The notes: generated by a model not told the origin, from the sequence alone. A stretch of 64,000 bases of DNA from a virus (IMGVR_UViG_3300042554_002914), one strand, 5' to 3'. Counted from the first letter of the stretch, positions 1 through 9,354 are shown. Program-made: numbers and translations.

Positions 1-2046
1 GTCGGGGAATAAATTCAAGGATTGGCCTTGACATACAAACGGTTGACGATCTGATGCTTGTTTAATTAGCTCAAATTGGTCAACTTCCCGTGCTGTCTTA
101 AAGACTTCTTTTTCATGGTCGGTCAAACAGTCAAGCCCTTGAACACTGCCTTTAGCTTCTAGAATTTGATCCCAAACTTCTGGGCCAATACCCCTTTCGG
201 AAAAGATTTTTTCAAGGTACTGGTTTTTTCGGACGTAAGTACCCTTCCCCTGTTTAGCAACGTAGTAATTTCTATCCCTGGGTTCAATACCTTCGGTTCC
301 TGCGCCACAGATTACACTGTTTGTCTTAGTCGGGGCGATTGCTATCAGGTGTGTGTGACGCATCCCTGTCCCTTTACACCATTCCGGTTCTCCGAACCTT
401 TCCGCTAGTTCCTTGGAAGCTTTAACAGCTTCTTCTTTTATCCAGCGTGAGGTTTCGATATTTAGTGCCCTGGCCCCATGGGACTTGGCCGGTAGTCCGT
501 GTAATTGGTAAAGCGAATGGAGACCCATAACCCCTAAGCCAAGGGCACGACTCTTCTCCGCAAATCGAACAGCTCTTCCCATACCAACTTTATCTTTCGC
601 TTTGCGAATGAACTCGCTAACTACGGCCTCTAGGAGGTGGATGCCAATTTGAGGGACGGTGCGCCCCGAGATTGGGGATTTCCAGTTCTTATACTCGTCA
701 TAGCGGCTAAGGTTCAGGCTGCTAAGAACGCATACAAAAGTGTGGTTCTCGTCTGTGTGGAGAAAGATCTCTGAACAATTATGAACAAGGACCCCAGAGT
801 TAATATCCCCGGTTTTTGTAACAATGAAGAAGTTGTGATTGTCTTCGACGCGCAGATCATACACATCCTCTACACCTATGCTCTGAATACTAGTGACGCG
901 GCTTTGACTATTGTGACCATTTGTCGTGGTGTTAATCATTCTGTGCCCAAATTCATTCACAAAGGAGGAAAAGGGCTCAAGAATTTCTCCTACTGAGTGC
1001 TGAGCTTCCACCCATAGGCCATCTCTTCGAGCCAAGAGGTGATCTGGGGTGCATTTAAAAGTGCTTCCGTCCTCAAGCCCTACTTCAATAACCTCTTGAG
1101 TCCCTGTCTTGAACGCAACAGCTTTTTTAATCTCAGTAACCCACTGATTCTTCGATGCTGCGGTTTGGTGCGTGCGCCAATAAGCTGAATATACCGGGAA
1201 AGAAGTGTTCACCAGGTCCCTAATTGGGACAGAGTTTCTACCGTCGGCAACAGCCACAAGAGTGTCTGCAGTGAAGCACAAGTTGCTGGTCTTGACTGAG
1301 AGTCCTCTCTCGGTGTAGCACTCAGGGTTTTGGTTATTAGCGTTGTCGATGAAAATCAGATAGGGGCTCCCCGAAATCATTCTCGTTTTAAGAACTTCGG
1401 CAAATAGTTCATGCTTGTGTGTATCCCCAGCAATCATTGACTCTATCCACTCGTCCGAGATAGTTAAAGCTATGTTTGAGTCGATCCAGTTTCTTGGATC
1501 CCCTTTTGTGTGGTCTTTTGCACGTAGAAGCTCAGGAACGTCGGGGTGGTCAATCGGAAGATAAAACGCAAAAGATCCCCTTCGGACTCCGCCTTGAGAA
1601 ACAACTCTTGCACAAGAGTCGTATTGTTGCATCCAGGGGACAACGCCGATTGACTTCCCACCACCGGTAATCGGAGAACCAGCGGGACGAACATCACCGA
1701 AATAGTTACCTACGCCCCCACCGCTTTTGCTCAGTTGAGCTACTTCTTTCAGGTGGGAATAAATAGAGGAGACACTATCGGTGAGATGAGTTGAAAAGCA
1801 CGCTATGGATTGACCACGATTCGTACCGAAATTAGAAGCTACAGGGGAACTAGCACCAATCCAGCCAGACCACAAGCAGTGAAACAGATCCTCATTCAAA
1901 GTAGGGTCATCGTTTATCTTACTCGCTGTTGACGAGAGTCGAGTCATCATGTCACGGGGAGTTTCACCGGGTAGGAGATAGCCAGAGGACAGGGTATGGA
2001 GAGCCTCCTCATTCATCCAGCTAGGGTGTGTAAGTTCTGCAGTCAT
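1..2046 (-). CDS. nrdA: Ribonucleotide reductase class I alpha subunit, intein-containing, 3' end beyond window
   Basis: Not in the ORF track. Manual translation from ATG 2046 (MTAELTHPSWMNEE...) stays open to position 1. Motifs: SKSGGGVG, SQGGVRRG, SNL-[intein]-CSEI, RALGLGVMG, IAIAPT, GIEP, CQGQSLNLF. Confidence 0.96.
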   Translation of the reverse strand, partial: MTAELTHPSWMNEEALHTLSSGYLLPGETPRDMMTRLSSTASKINDDPTLNEDLFHCLWSGWIGASSPVASNFGTNRGQSIACFSTHLTDSVSSIYSHLKEVAQLSKSGGGVGNYFGDVRPAGSPITGGGKSIGVVPWMQQYDSCARVVSQGGVRRGSFAFYLPIDHPDVPELLRAKDHTKGDPRNWIDSNIALTISDEWIESMIAGDTHKHELFAEVLKTRMISGSPYLIFIDNANNQNPECYTERGLSVKTSNLCFTADTLVAVADGRNSVPIRDLVNTSFPVYSAYWRTHQTAASKNQWVTEIKKAVAFKTGTQEVIEVGLEDGSTFKCTPDHLLARRDGLWVEAQHSVGEILEPFSSFVNEFGHRMINTTTNGHNSQSRVTSIQSIGVEDVYDLRVEDNHNFFIVTKTGDINSGVLVHNCSEIFLHTDENHTFVCVLSSLNLSRYDEYKNWKSPISGRTVPQIGIHLLEAVVSEFIRKAKDKVGMGRAVRFAEKSRALGLGVMGLHSLYQLHGLPAKSHGARALNIETSRWIKEEAVKASKELAERFGEPEWCKGTGMRHTHLIAIAPTKTNSVICGAGTEGIEPRDRNYYVAKQGKGTYVRKNQYLEKIFSERGIGPEVWDQILEAKGSVQGLDCLTDHEKEVFKTAREVDQFELIKQASDRQPFVCQGQSLNLFPD
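778..1278 (-). mobile_element. Mini-intein (167 aa, no endonuclease) in NrdA at the NL/CxE active-site motif
   Basis: In-frame insert CFTADTLV...FKCTPDH...VYDLRVEDNHNF...VLVHN followed by extein Cys. Removing it restores SNLCSEI. Confidence 0.93.
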
Positions 2047-2846
2047 GATTCTACTCTATAGTCAAGATTAAAAATGTCTTTTAAATCCTCGCTTTTTAGA
2101 ACTTTGAGGATGTTCTGTATTACACCTCTGGAAAAAGGCCATTCAAAATTTTGTTTACAAAGCTTGAATAGCTTACCAGATGAGCAGGGTAACTGCTCTT
2201 TAATGAATCTGATTTTTTCATCTGTCCATCCTGAATTTATGCGGCGATTAACTGTCTGTTTCCTAACCAACGCCGCCACTAAACTATTATCCATTCTCTC
2301 CCTAGCTTCTTTAGCAATGGCGCTATAGTCCCACTTCCTATTTTGTGATAGTAAGGGAAGAGTTCCATTCAGGATTTGTTTCCTAGCATTTTCCCTGGCG
2401 ACAGCAGATCTATCCCAGGTTTCGTTACCCCTCAAGAAATGGTGAGTACCGCTTTCAACTAGTTTTTTCTGGTGCTCTGATACCCTTATAGAGTGCTCTC
2501 CGGTTGTATTGAACTTTAGGAGGTTGAGAGTACCCCGTTCTAAAGATGTCTGGGCACTTTTCTTAGAGCTTAAAGACTGATCCCATGTTCTATTTTGCGG
2601 GAGAAGGTGGTGAGTACCTTCCCTAATGGCTCTTTTTATTTGCTCTTTACAGGCTAGAATTCTAGCTTCCTCCCGGTCAATTAAGCCTGATAAAGTTTTC
2701 CAAGCAATTCTGTCTAGTTCATTTCCAGTTCTATGCCACTCACACCAATGAAACATAGAGTGCCTTACAACCGGTATAGGGGGGGTTATATTACCCGGGT
2801 CGTTTGACCCCCCGGCGTGCTTAGGGATGATGTGGTGTTTGTGCAT
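2043..2846 (-). CDS. Free-standing HNH homing endonuclease between nrdB and nrdA
   Basis: N-terminal HKHHIIPKHAGGSNDPGN...HSMFH HNH motif, then repeated GTH/L-x-L/F-L...NxxWD units (likely DNA-binding repeats). Confidence 0.8.
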   Translation of the reverse strand: MHKHHIIPKHAGGSNDPGNITPPIPVVRHSMFHWCEWHRTGNELDRIAWKTLSGLIDREEARILACKEQIKRAIREGTHHLLPQNRTWDQSLSSKKSAQTSLERGTLNLLKFNTTGEHSIRVSEHQKKLVESGTHHFLRGNETWDRSAVARENARKQILNGTLPLLSQNRKWDYSAIAKEARERMDNSLVAALVRKQTVNRRINSGWTDEKIRFIKEQLPCSSGKLFKLCKQNFEWPFSRGVIQNILKVLKSEDLKDIFNLDYRVES

Positions 2847-3823
2847 TACACTAAAACCAGGTTCAGAGTTTTTAGGTTTACTCCCATAAAGTCTTGAGTG
2901 GGTTTTGAAACATAGGAATCTCCTGACTTAGCTTGAGAGAAAAAGTCTGTGCTTGTGGCACCAGCTGCAATAGGGTCGAACCACTGCTTGATTACGTTCG
3001 CAGCTTCTAGGTCTACTTGAAAGAGTGGTACAGAAATCCCCAGTTTAGTTAGCCTGTCGTTCGCCCGCCATCGAAGATATTGCTTAGTGTTATATAGGGT
3101 TATGGTCTCAAGTGAACGACCCTCGAAGATTTGATTAAGAAATGCGTCCTCGTTGCGGAGAACAGCTTCAAACCCTTGAAAAATCACCTCTGCCTCGTTT
3201 GGGGTTAGAGGATCCTCTTTCACTAACTCTCGGAAGAGTTGTATTCCTGTGTCGCTATGCTGCTGCTCATCCTGAATTGACCACGAGATAATTTGTGACA
3301 GTCCACGATATTTGCTAGTAAGATTAAGAGAAAGTAAGACAGCAAAAGAACTGAATAAAGAGACTCCCTCACCCGCACCCGAAAACACAGCCAAAGATTG
3401 TTTAACCGAGCGATCTTCAAGAAAATACCCGATCTTTTGTTGGGCAACGGGATCTCCAAGAAATGCTTCAAATTCGTTGAGTCCTAGAGTGTCAGATAGC
3501 AAGTTATACGCTTCACTATGAACCACTTCCGATAAAGAGAACATTCTTGCTACGGCAGCGATTTCATGCTTAGGGAACCAAATAGGAACTTTCGCCCAGT
3601 AGTCAGACACATGCGTTTCCAGGATCGTAAATCCCCTTAGGATTCCTGCAACAATTTCACGCTCACTCTCGGAAGCATCTTGCCAGTCTCGAATGTCACT
3701 CTCGAAAGACACTTCTTGCGGGCGCCAAACCGAAGAAAGAGCTTTTTGGTATTGTTCGAAGAAGAAGGGATACTCGAAACCTTGTTCAGTTTTGTAGGCT
3801 GCCCTATAGTTCCTGATGCTCAT
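2846..3823 (-). CDS. nrdB: Ribonucleotide reductase class Ia beta subunit (full length, 325 aa)
   Basis: WRPQEV, EVVHSEAY (Fe ligands and radical Tyr), EGVSLFSSF, DEQQH, TDFF. Confidence 0.96.
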   Translation of the reverse strand: MSIRNYRAAYKTEQGFEYPFFFEQYQKALSSVWRPQEVSFESDIRDWQDASESEREIVAGILRGFTILETHVSDYWAKVPIWFPKHEIAAVARMFSLSEVVHSEAYNLLSDTLGLNEFEAFLGDPVAQQKIGYFLEDRSVKQSLAVFSGAGEGVSLFSSFAVLLSLNLTSKYRGLSQIISWSIQDEQQHSDTGIQLFRELVKEDPLTPNEAEVIFQGFEAVLRNEDAFLNQIFEGRSLETITLYNTKQYLRWRANDRLTKLGISVPLFQVDLEAANVIKQWFDPIAAGATSTDFFSQAKSGDSYVSKPTQDFMGVNLKTLNLVLV

Positions 3824-4455
3824 TGAAGTCTCTCCCTATTTTTAGTGTTAATACCCCGTGCTTTTTGATAGCTGCTGAGACCACAAGGGGTGGATACATG
3901 CCCTGTGACCGTACACATCCACTTTTGTGCGTGCTGAACTTTAGAGCCTCTTTTTCCTCCGGTGGCTTTATCTTCCAAGGACTGAGCTTTTGACCCCGCT
4001 TTACACCACTCAAGGAGGTTTTCAGTGTATCTGGGGTCAAACAAACCTGTTTTCTCGGAGTAATGGCGATGACCAACTAAAGTTCCGTTCTGATGAGCGT
4101 AGACTTCAGCTACCCTTCGAGCCCCGTTTCTGACGTTCTCTTGTTTTTCTGGAGGCAGCTGCGAGAAAGTTTCTCCCCCTTCTCCACCCTTTGTGAAATT
4201 GAATAGTAAACCGTCTTCCTTAACGCTCTTCCACGATAGAATAAGATGTTTTTCTATGTTTTCACACGATGTTCTTAACCCTGAAAACACTATTTCCTGG
4301 AGAAAATCTCCCCGAATCTCACATTCTTTTCGGCGGTTGGTGGCCCACTTATTTCTACGTTTAGACCTGAGTCTGCTTTCCCCCCCTATTCCGACATAGA
4401 AGGGTACTCTCTTATCAAACCATACGTAAACGTTGCATTCTTGCGAATTTGTCAT
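3820..4455 (-). CDS. Putative GIY-YIG-like free-standing homing endonuclease
   Basis: NVYVW...PFYVGIG...R...E...LFNFTKGGEGG pattern typical of Seg-like GIY-YIG nucleases; lies inside the nrd locus. Confidence 0.7.
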   Translation of the reverse strand: MTNSQECNVYVWFDKRVPFYVGIGGESRLRSKRRNKWATNRRKECEIRGDFLQEIVFSGLRTSCENIEKHLILSWKSVKEDGLLFNFTKGGEGGETFSQLPPEKQENVRNGARRVAEVYAHQNGTLVGHRHYSEKTGLFDPRYTENLLEWCKAGSKAQSLEDKATGGKRGSKVQHAQKWMCTVTGHVSTPCGLSSYQKARGINTKNRERLQ

Positions 4456-4464
4456 TCTGGCGTT

Positions 4465-4905
4465 TTAAACGTTTTGCTTCTTGTTCTGCGAGATATCTGT
4501 CTCGCGCAGGTTTGTGTTTTTCTTGGTCTCACCCGGAAGGAATGCCTCAAACTCATCAAGTCCAAGAGTGTCTGAAAGAAGATTGTAAGCCTCTGCATGG
4601 ACTATTTCGGAGAAGGCAAATGCTCTCGCTACTGCCGCGATTTCGTGTTTAGGGAACCAGTCAGGAATCTTGGACCAATAATCACTAACGTGACACTCTA
4701 ACTGAGTAAAACCACGGAGAATACCTCCAATAATCTCTCGTTCATCTTGAGTGGCATTCTGCCAGTCTCGGACATCACTTTCAAACTGAGCTTCCTCTGG
4801 TCCCCAGATGGAGAGGCGGGCTTTTTGATAAATTTTGAAGTATTCAGGGTACTCAAAAGCACCGTTAATTTTGTAGGGTTCTCTGTATTCTCTGATGCTG
4901 GGCAT
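4465..4905 (-). pseudogene. nrdB: Truncated nrdB paralogue (N-terminal about 123 aa plus an unrelated 23-aa tail)
   Basis: Aligns with 2846..3823 up to ...LLSDTLGLDEFEAFL, then diverges and stops. Lacks the second EG/DExxH iron-ligand half. Confidence 0.85.
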
Positions 4906-4971
4906 TGTTCTATGCTATCATTTGGTCATAGAAATTGTTTGGTATTTGTTTGTTTTAAGGATAGTCAACTG

Positions 4972-5193
4972 TTAGTTGCTATAACCTTCAAGTTTGGCAT
5001 ACTTGGCCATTCGATCATTTTCTTTTACTATCGCTTCGGTAAGCTCAATTTGAGCTTTTTGAAACTGTTCGATGATTTGTTTGTTTTTCTTGTACTCCCC
5101 ATACATAGCAATTCTACCGAGGATGTAAATCAGCGATAAATTACCGAGGACACTCCCTAACGCTACTGCCAGGGTCATTGTTAAAAACGTCAT
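4972..5193 (-). CDS. Small hypothetical membrane protein
   Basis: 73-aa ORF with a hydrophobic N-terminal helix, in operon order. Confidence 0.6.
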   Translation of the reverse strand: MTFLTMTLAVALGSVLGNLSLIYILGRIAMYGEYKKNKQIIEQFQKAQIELTEAIVKENDRMAKYAKLEGYSN

Positions 5194-5380
5194 TTCTTCC
5201 GATAGAGAAATTTGTTGTGATTTTTACTTGTGGATTAGGAAACGTCCAGCATTCCCCATTACCGTCTAAAAAGACTACCCAAAGGAGATCATGTTCCTGT
5301 GAGTAGTCAATAAGGAAGTGAGCCCAACCCTTACCTTTAGGTGTTTCCATAGGCAACGCAGGGTTAAGTTGTAAAATCAC
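5141..5380 (-). CDS. Hypothetical phage protein
   Basis: 79-aa ORF (LQLNP..P..TPKGKG.AHFLIDY..EHDL.WVV), coupled to neighbours. Confidence 0.65.
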   Translation of the reverse strand: MILQLNPALPMETPKGKGWAHFLIDYSQEHDLLWVVFLDGNGECWTFPNPQVKITTNFSIGRNDVFNNDPGSSVRECPR

Positions 5381-5523
5381 TTACCTTGCCCGCGATATTT
5401 CTTTTTGGGGTTTGGATTAGCAGAAGTTGCAGAGAATTTCGTTCTTTTTGAGTTTCCCTGGTATGTTTTCTTTTCAGATGGAACGATTTCCCGTTGATTG
5501 GTTAGTGATTTGACTTTTGCCAT
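5377..5523 (-). CDS. Small basic cyanophage-type protein (48 aa)
   Basis: Manual translation MAKVKSLT...KKTYQGNSKRTKFSATS...KKKYRGQGK; recalls a common cyanophage small-protein family ending in YRGQG. Below the track cut-off. Confidence 0.7.
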   Translation of the reverse strand: MAKVKSLTNQREIVPSEKKTYQGNSKRTKFSATSANPNPKKKYRGQGK

Positions 5524-5567
5524 TTTGAGTTGGTATTAGTTTGAGTTGGTATGCGTCCAGGTGAAAA

Positions 5568-5771
5568 TCACCAGATACCGGGAATAATTTGCCCAGTAAC
5601 AGCATAAGAACCAAGAGCTGCGATAATTCCAAGCATAGCCAATCTCCCATTTAGGGCTTCACCGGCCTTATCCCACGCAACCATTGGCCTATAGCCTTCA
5701 TCAACTAGGGTCATTTCGGGTTCGATGGCAAAATGGTTAAGGACACCTTGGTCGTTTTTTGTGGTTGTCAT
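5568..5771 (-). CDS. hli: High-light-inducible protein
   Basis: EALNGRLAMLG chlorophyll-binding motif and C-terminal TGQIIPGIW typical of cyanobacterial/cyanophage Hlips. Confidence 0.95.
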   Translation of the reverse strand: MTTTKNDQGVLNHFAIEPEMTLVDEGYRPMVAWDKAGEALNGRLAMLGIIAALGSYAVTGQIIPGIW

Positions 5772-5823
5772 TGTTGGTTGGTTAGTTGGTCAGTCAGTCA
5801 GTCACTTAGTCAGTAACACTGCC

Positions 5824-5851
5824 ATTATAGCAAGTCCTTAATGAAAGTCAA
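5824..5851 (-). promoter_or_regulatory. Sigma70-type promoter upstream of hli
   Basis: TTGACT-N16-TATAAT with extended TGn, on the minus strand. Confidence 0.75.
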
Positions 5852-6017
5852 CGGGTGGGTTGCTCCCGGGCGTGCTATCTTCAAGTTGGGCACGTTTCTT
5901 GAGGGCCTTCATTCTCTTATGTTCCTGCAACCATTTGGCAAAATAAGACAGCTCCCCTTCTGTATAGAGGGAAGGATCTTTTAAGGCTTTCTTTACTAGT
6001 TTTGTTCTTTTAGTCAT
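5838..6017 (-). CDS. Small hypothetical cyanophage-type protein (59 aa)
   Basis: Manual translation MTKRTKLVKKALKDPSLYTEGELSYF...; overlaps the speD stop codon (ATGA). Confidence 0.6.
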   Translation of the reverse strand: MTKRTKLVKKALKDPSLYTEGELSYFAKWLQEHKRMKALKKRAQLEDSTPGSNPPVDFH

Positions 6018-6340
6018 CGTGATAGTTCCTGTAATCTAATTTCTATGGGCTTGAAGTAATCAATGAGAATTTGCATCCCTGACTTAGGATCCATACTGCC
6101 GCAAGTATAGCAATCCAGCGCCACAGAACCCATTTCAGGGAAAGTGTGACAAGATATATGGCTTTCAGCCAATGCGTACACTATGGTAACACCTTGGGGT
6201 GTGAATTGATGGGAAAATTTATTTAAAACCGTGGCACCCATCGTAGCTACGGCTTTATCAAAAGCCAACTGAATGGCTAGTAGGTTGTCCAAACGGGAAA
6301 ATGAAATCCCGTACAAAGAGCAAATAACATGTGTTCCCAA
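6014..6340 (-). CDS. speD: S-adenosylmethionine decarboxylase proenzyme
   Basis: HQFTPQGVT...LAESHISCHTFPE...DCYTCG signature with the E-S autocleavage site. Confidence 0.93.
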   Translation of the reverse strand: MGTHVICSLYGISFSRLDNLLAIQLAFDKAVATMGATVLNKFSHQFTPQGVTIVYALAESHISCHTFPEMGSVALDCYTCGSMDPKSGMQILIDYFKPIEIRLQELSR

Positions 6341-6341
6341 T

Positions 6342-6680
6342 TCACGGTACCTCCTTTGCCGCTAAAATTTGTTTGACCTTTTCACGAAATTCAGATAAAG
6401 TAGCAGCACCAACATGGTGCCCAAGGAATTTGCCATTACTCCTTAGAAATACATAAACTGGCAGGTCTATGGTATAATCCGCATTGATTGCGTGTCTCTC
6501 TAGGCACTGGTAGACTCTAATTTTTGTTAGGTCGTTTCCATGACTGATAATGTCATCTAAGTCCGTTTCCTGATAAGCAATCTCTGGAAAGCCCTCGATA
6601 ACAGACTTATCGTGCCTGCTCATGTGCTTGCAAATTTCGCAGTTTTTATCAAAAACTTTAGTGGCAATAACTGTGGTCAT
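6342..6680 (-). CDS. Thioredoxin-like protein
   Basis: CEIC redox motif near the N-terminus, cis-Pro-like LPVYVF, 112 aa. Confidence 0.6.
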   Translation of the reverse strand: MTTVIATKVFDKNCEICKHMSRHDKSVIEGFPEIAYQETDLDDIISHGNDLTKIRVYQCLERHAINADYTIDLPVYVFLRSNGKFLGHHVGAATLSEFREKVKQILAAKEVP

Positions 6681-6721
6681 TATCCCAAGGGGTTTGTAGG
6701 ATTTAAGGTAAATTTACCCTA

Positions 6722-7297
6722 TCATCGAAAAAGATCGATTAGCTCAGGGTGCTTTTTTCGGAAAGATGTCGTGAACCTGGCCACGCAGCTACTTACCGCT
6801 TGTTTGGTTACTCCAAACTCCTTTGCGATTTCGGATTGGGTCAACTTGGTGTGATCAAATAGGCCATACTTCGAGCAAATGATTTTGAACCCTTGCGTAT
6901 CGGGTCCGCCGTAACGATCCAATAAAATTTTCTTAATTTGTGGGACATCGATTTTAGGGTTTATTTCACCCTCGTAGCCGACATCAACTTCATCAATGCT
7001 CTCTGTGTACTTAGGGTGCTTATTTTCCTTCCTAGCAGCCCCCTGGATGGCCTCACGGACCTTCCAAAACATCCAAGTCATGGGAACTACGTTGCGGCTC
7101 AAATCAAAGGTTCTGATGCCATTGACAATGCCAATCCTTCCCTCTTGAACGAGGTCTTTCTCCATGTGTTTGGGCACCATGTATAAATACATATTCACAA
7201 GTTTGTGAACCAATGGTGTGAATTGAACGATAGTTTCCTCAATGGACTTCTCATCACCATTTACGGCTTTGCGGAAGGTTTCAATTGTGTAAGCCAT
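6722..7297 (-). CDS. Sigma70-family RNA polymerase sigma factor
   Basis: Region 2 (PLVHKL...DLVQEGRIGI...FD) and region 4 HTH (LTQSEIAKEFGVTKQAVS). Confidence 0.9.
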   Translation of the reverse strand: MAYTIETFRKAVNGDEKSIEETIVQFTPLVHKLVNMYLYMVPKHMEKDLVQEGRIGIVNGIRTFDLSRNVVPMTWMFWKVREAIQGAARKENKHPKYTESIDEVDVGYEGEINPKIDVPQIKKILLDRYGGPDTQGFKIICSKYGLFDHTKLTQSEIAKEFGVTKQAVSSCVARFTTSFRKKHPELIDLFR

Positions 7298-7418
7298 TTT
7301 CTCTCTCTTTGCTTGGTGTTTGGTCTTTTAGTGTCAATTTAGGGCATAGGTTAAACCCCTAGAGTCCTCCTGCCCCGGCAATCAAATCAAGCTGATCCTT
7401 GAATAACTGCGTTTAATT

Positions 7419-7640
7419 TCAATCGTTATTTGACGAATAGTTAGGGGGACCCGGTAGATTCTCCCGCATTACCCAAGCTGTGGCTGCTTTCTGGGACATC
7501 CATGCCTGTAGCAATTGCTTGCACAGACCTTGAAGGGCTTTTAGATCAGTAGTGGAGTCTATAACTCTACCCATCCTCTCTAGTTCAAATTTTTGCCCCA
7601 TAGTTAATTCCAAGGGGTTAACAATTCCGTCAGGATTCAT
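7419..7640 (-). CDS. nblA: Putative NblA-like phycobilisome degradation protein
   Basis: 73 aa, two-helix pattern LTMGQKFEL...LQGLCKQLLQAWMSQK...WVMR resembling the NblA LSLEQQF...L..Q.M.K pattern; divergent. Confidence 0.55.
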   Translation of the reverse strand: MNPDGIVNPLELTMGQKFELERMGRVIDSTTDLKALQGLCKQLLQAWMSQKAATAWVMRENLPGPPNYSSNND

Positions 7641-8113
7641 AGTGATTCATAGTATAAAACAGGTATTCCGGCCTCATAGAGGATGTCACTTGCTGTAGTT
7701 AGGCTATCTTTCCAGCTTCCGTGGTAGGAATTCAAGTTAGGGCAGACGATTCTTTTGATCCCTGCACCAATGAGCACACTAGCACATCCGCTGCATGGCG
7801 GGAAAGTGATGAAAGCCGAACAGCCGTCAGTGGACACACCTTCTTTGGCCGCCCATACAATGGCATTTTTCTCAGCGTGAATGATTACATTATTTTTGAA
7901 AGTCTTGTCATTCAACCTTATCGCAGTATCTGCTATTCCATTTGGGAAGCCATTGTACCCAGTAGAAACTATGCGATTTTCCTTGACCAAGACGCAACCG
8001 ACTTTTTTGTAAGGGTCTTTGCTCCAGAGTTTAATGTCTTCAGCTAGCTGAATCCAGCGGAGATCCCATTTTGTAAGATGGGGGTTCTGATGATTCAATT
8101 TCTCGGTAGTCAC
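7637..8113 (-). CDS. dCMP deaminase
   Basis: SKDP..KVGC, STGYNG.P, HAEKNA and PCSGC zinc motifs. Confidence 0.93.
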   Translation of the reverse strand: MTTEKLNHQNPHLTKWDLRWIQLAEDIKLWSKDPYKKVGCVLVKENRIVSTGYNGFPNGIADTAIRLNDKTFKNNVIIHAEKNAIVWAAKEGVSTDGCSAFITFPPCSGCASVLIGAGIKRIVCPNLNSYHGSWKDSLTTASDILYEAGIPVLYYESL

Positions 8114-8381
8114 TTAAGGCTTCACTGAATTGCTTGCAAATGTGTTTCTTCGTTGTAAAGACTTCTTCATCACAATTTGCTATTTCTGTATAGATATTCC
8201 ACAGGGATTCCGTATGTGCCAAACCATACTCCACTTGGAAGTAGGACAGAAGAATAGCAAGGTCAGGAAGGGAACATGAGATGGTTCTCATCTCTTGGAA
8301 GGAGCAATCAGATGCCTTTAGTACGGGTCTATTTTTGGGTGGAATTGCCACTTTGTTGGGAGTACGGTCAGGGGCACTCAT
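8040..8381 (-). CDS. Hypothetical protein
   Basis: 113-aa ORF in operon order. Confidence 0.55.
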   Translation of the reverse strand: MSAPDRTPNKVAIPPKNRPVLKASDCSFQEMRTISCSLPDLAILLSYFQVEYGLAHTESLWNIYTEIANCDEEVFTTKKHICKQFSEALSDYREIESSEPPSYKMGSPLDSAS

Positions 8382-8707
8382 CGGTTATCCCCACTTCCTG
8401 CGATGACCCCTCTCTCCTTTCTAGATGCAAGTTTGTCAATGTTTTGCTGTGCGATTGCATTAAGGTCGGTCCCCATTTCTGTGGCTAATTGGGCAACATA
8501 CCAAAGCACATCCCCAAGCTCATCAGAAACAGATTTTCGGACCTCATCTGAAAGAATGCCGGAATTATCCCGGATAACCTTCTTAAGTTTATTTGCGATT
8601 TCGCCAGCTTCACCAACGAGGCCAAGAGCAGGGTAGGTGAATTCTGAGCCCATATTAGGGTAGATGGCGGTTTCCCGGGCTCGATTTTGATAATAGTTAA
8701 AATCCAT
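8378..8707 (-). CDS. mazG: MazG-like nucleoside triphosphate pyrophosphohydrolase
   Basis: LGLVGEAGEIA...ELGDVLWYVA...N.DKL..R...GSGDNR. Confidence 0.92.
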   Translation of the reverse strand: MDFNYYQNRARETAIYPNMGSEFTYPALGLVGEAGEIANKLKKVIRDNSGILSDEVRKSVSDELGDVLWYVAQLATEMGTDLNAIAQQNIDKLASRKERGVIAGSGDNR

Positions 8708-8844
8708 AGATTGTGTGTGGAGCGAAATTGTAACTGTTTTGGTGTCAAACCCTTGGTTTAACGATGAGACCTTAGCACAGATGGCACGTAGCTGTCAACA
8801 CGGGTCTAGTCGGACTGGTGGCAATCGATAGCAACCGATGGCAA

Positions 8845-9348
8845 TCAGAACCCAACATCAATCTCCTGCGCATCACCAGACTCTACCATCTCAGACCATG
8901 AAATGCAAGCGACCCCAATCGTGAATCTAACTTGAGTAGGCGTACTTCCTGCAAATTGTGCAACTTTTTTAAGCAAAGTCTGGTAGTATCTCACTTCACC
9001 TTCAAAATCACTTACTTGGATGGACGGAATAATGACGCAAAGCGATAGGTCGTGGCCTTCCGTAATGAACTCTAGTAAATGACTTTCCCTGTGGATGATG
9101 GATTGAATAATGTCATTTTTATCCCTTCTTAACCTAACTAGGATTTCATTCCATTCGGGGCTAGATTGGTTAAAATCACTAATGGCGTCATCACTAGCTG
9201 CAAAATTTTCAAAAGTTACTTGAGGTTCATCCGAAATCAACGTGGTAACTACAATGTGAGTCAGGTAGACACCATCTGCTGAGGATTTCCCCCTCTTCTG
9301 AACAGAATTCTGGAGGTAAATTGCCGGGTCAATGTGCTTGTTTGTCAT
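8845..9348 (-). CDS. Hypothetical protein
   Basis: 167-aa ORF; ends ...EIDVGF. Confidence 0.65.
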   Translation of the reverse strand: MTNKHIDPAIYLQNSVQKRGKSSADGVYLTHIVVTTLISDEPQVTFENFAASDDAISDFNQSSPEWNEILVRLRRDKNDIIQSIIHRESHLLEFITEGHDLSLCVIIPSIQVSDFEGEVRYYQTLLKKVAQFAGSTPTQVRFTIGVACISWSEMVESGDAQEIDVGF

Positions 9349-9354
9349 TTTGTT

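Noticed and set aside
3824-4540. Group I intron interrupting nrdB with the endonuclease inside
   Set aside because: No P/Q/R/S core elements are visible, and the downstream nrdB is full length with its own start rather than a 3' exon.
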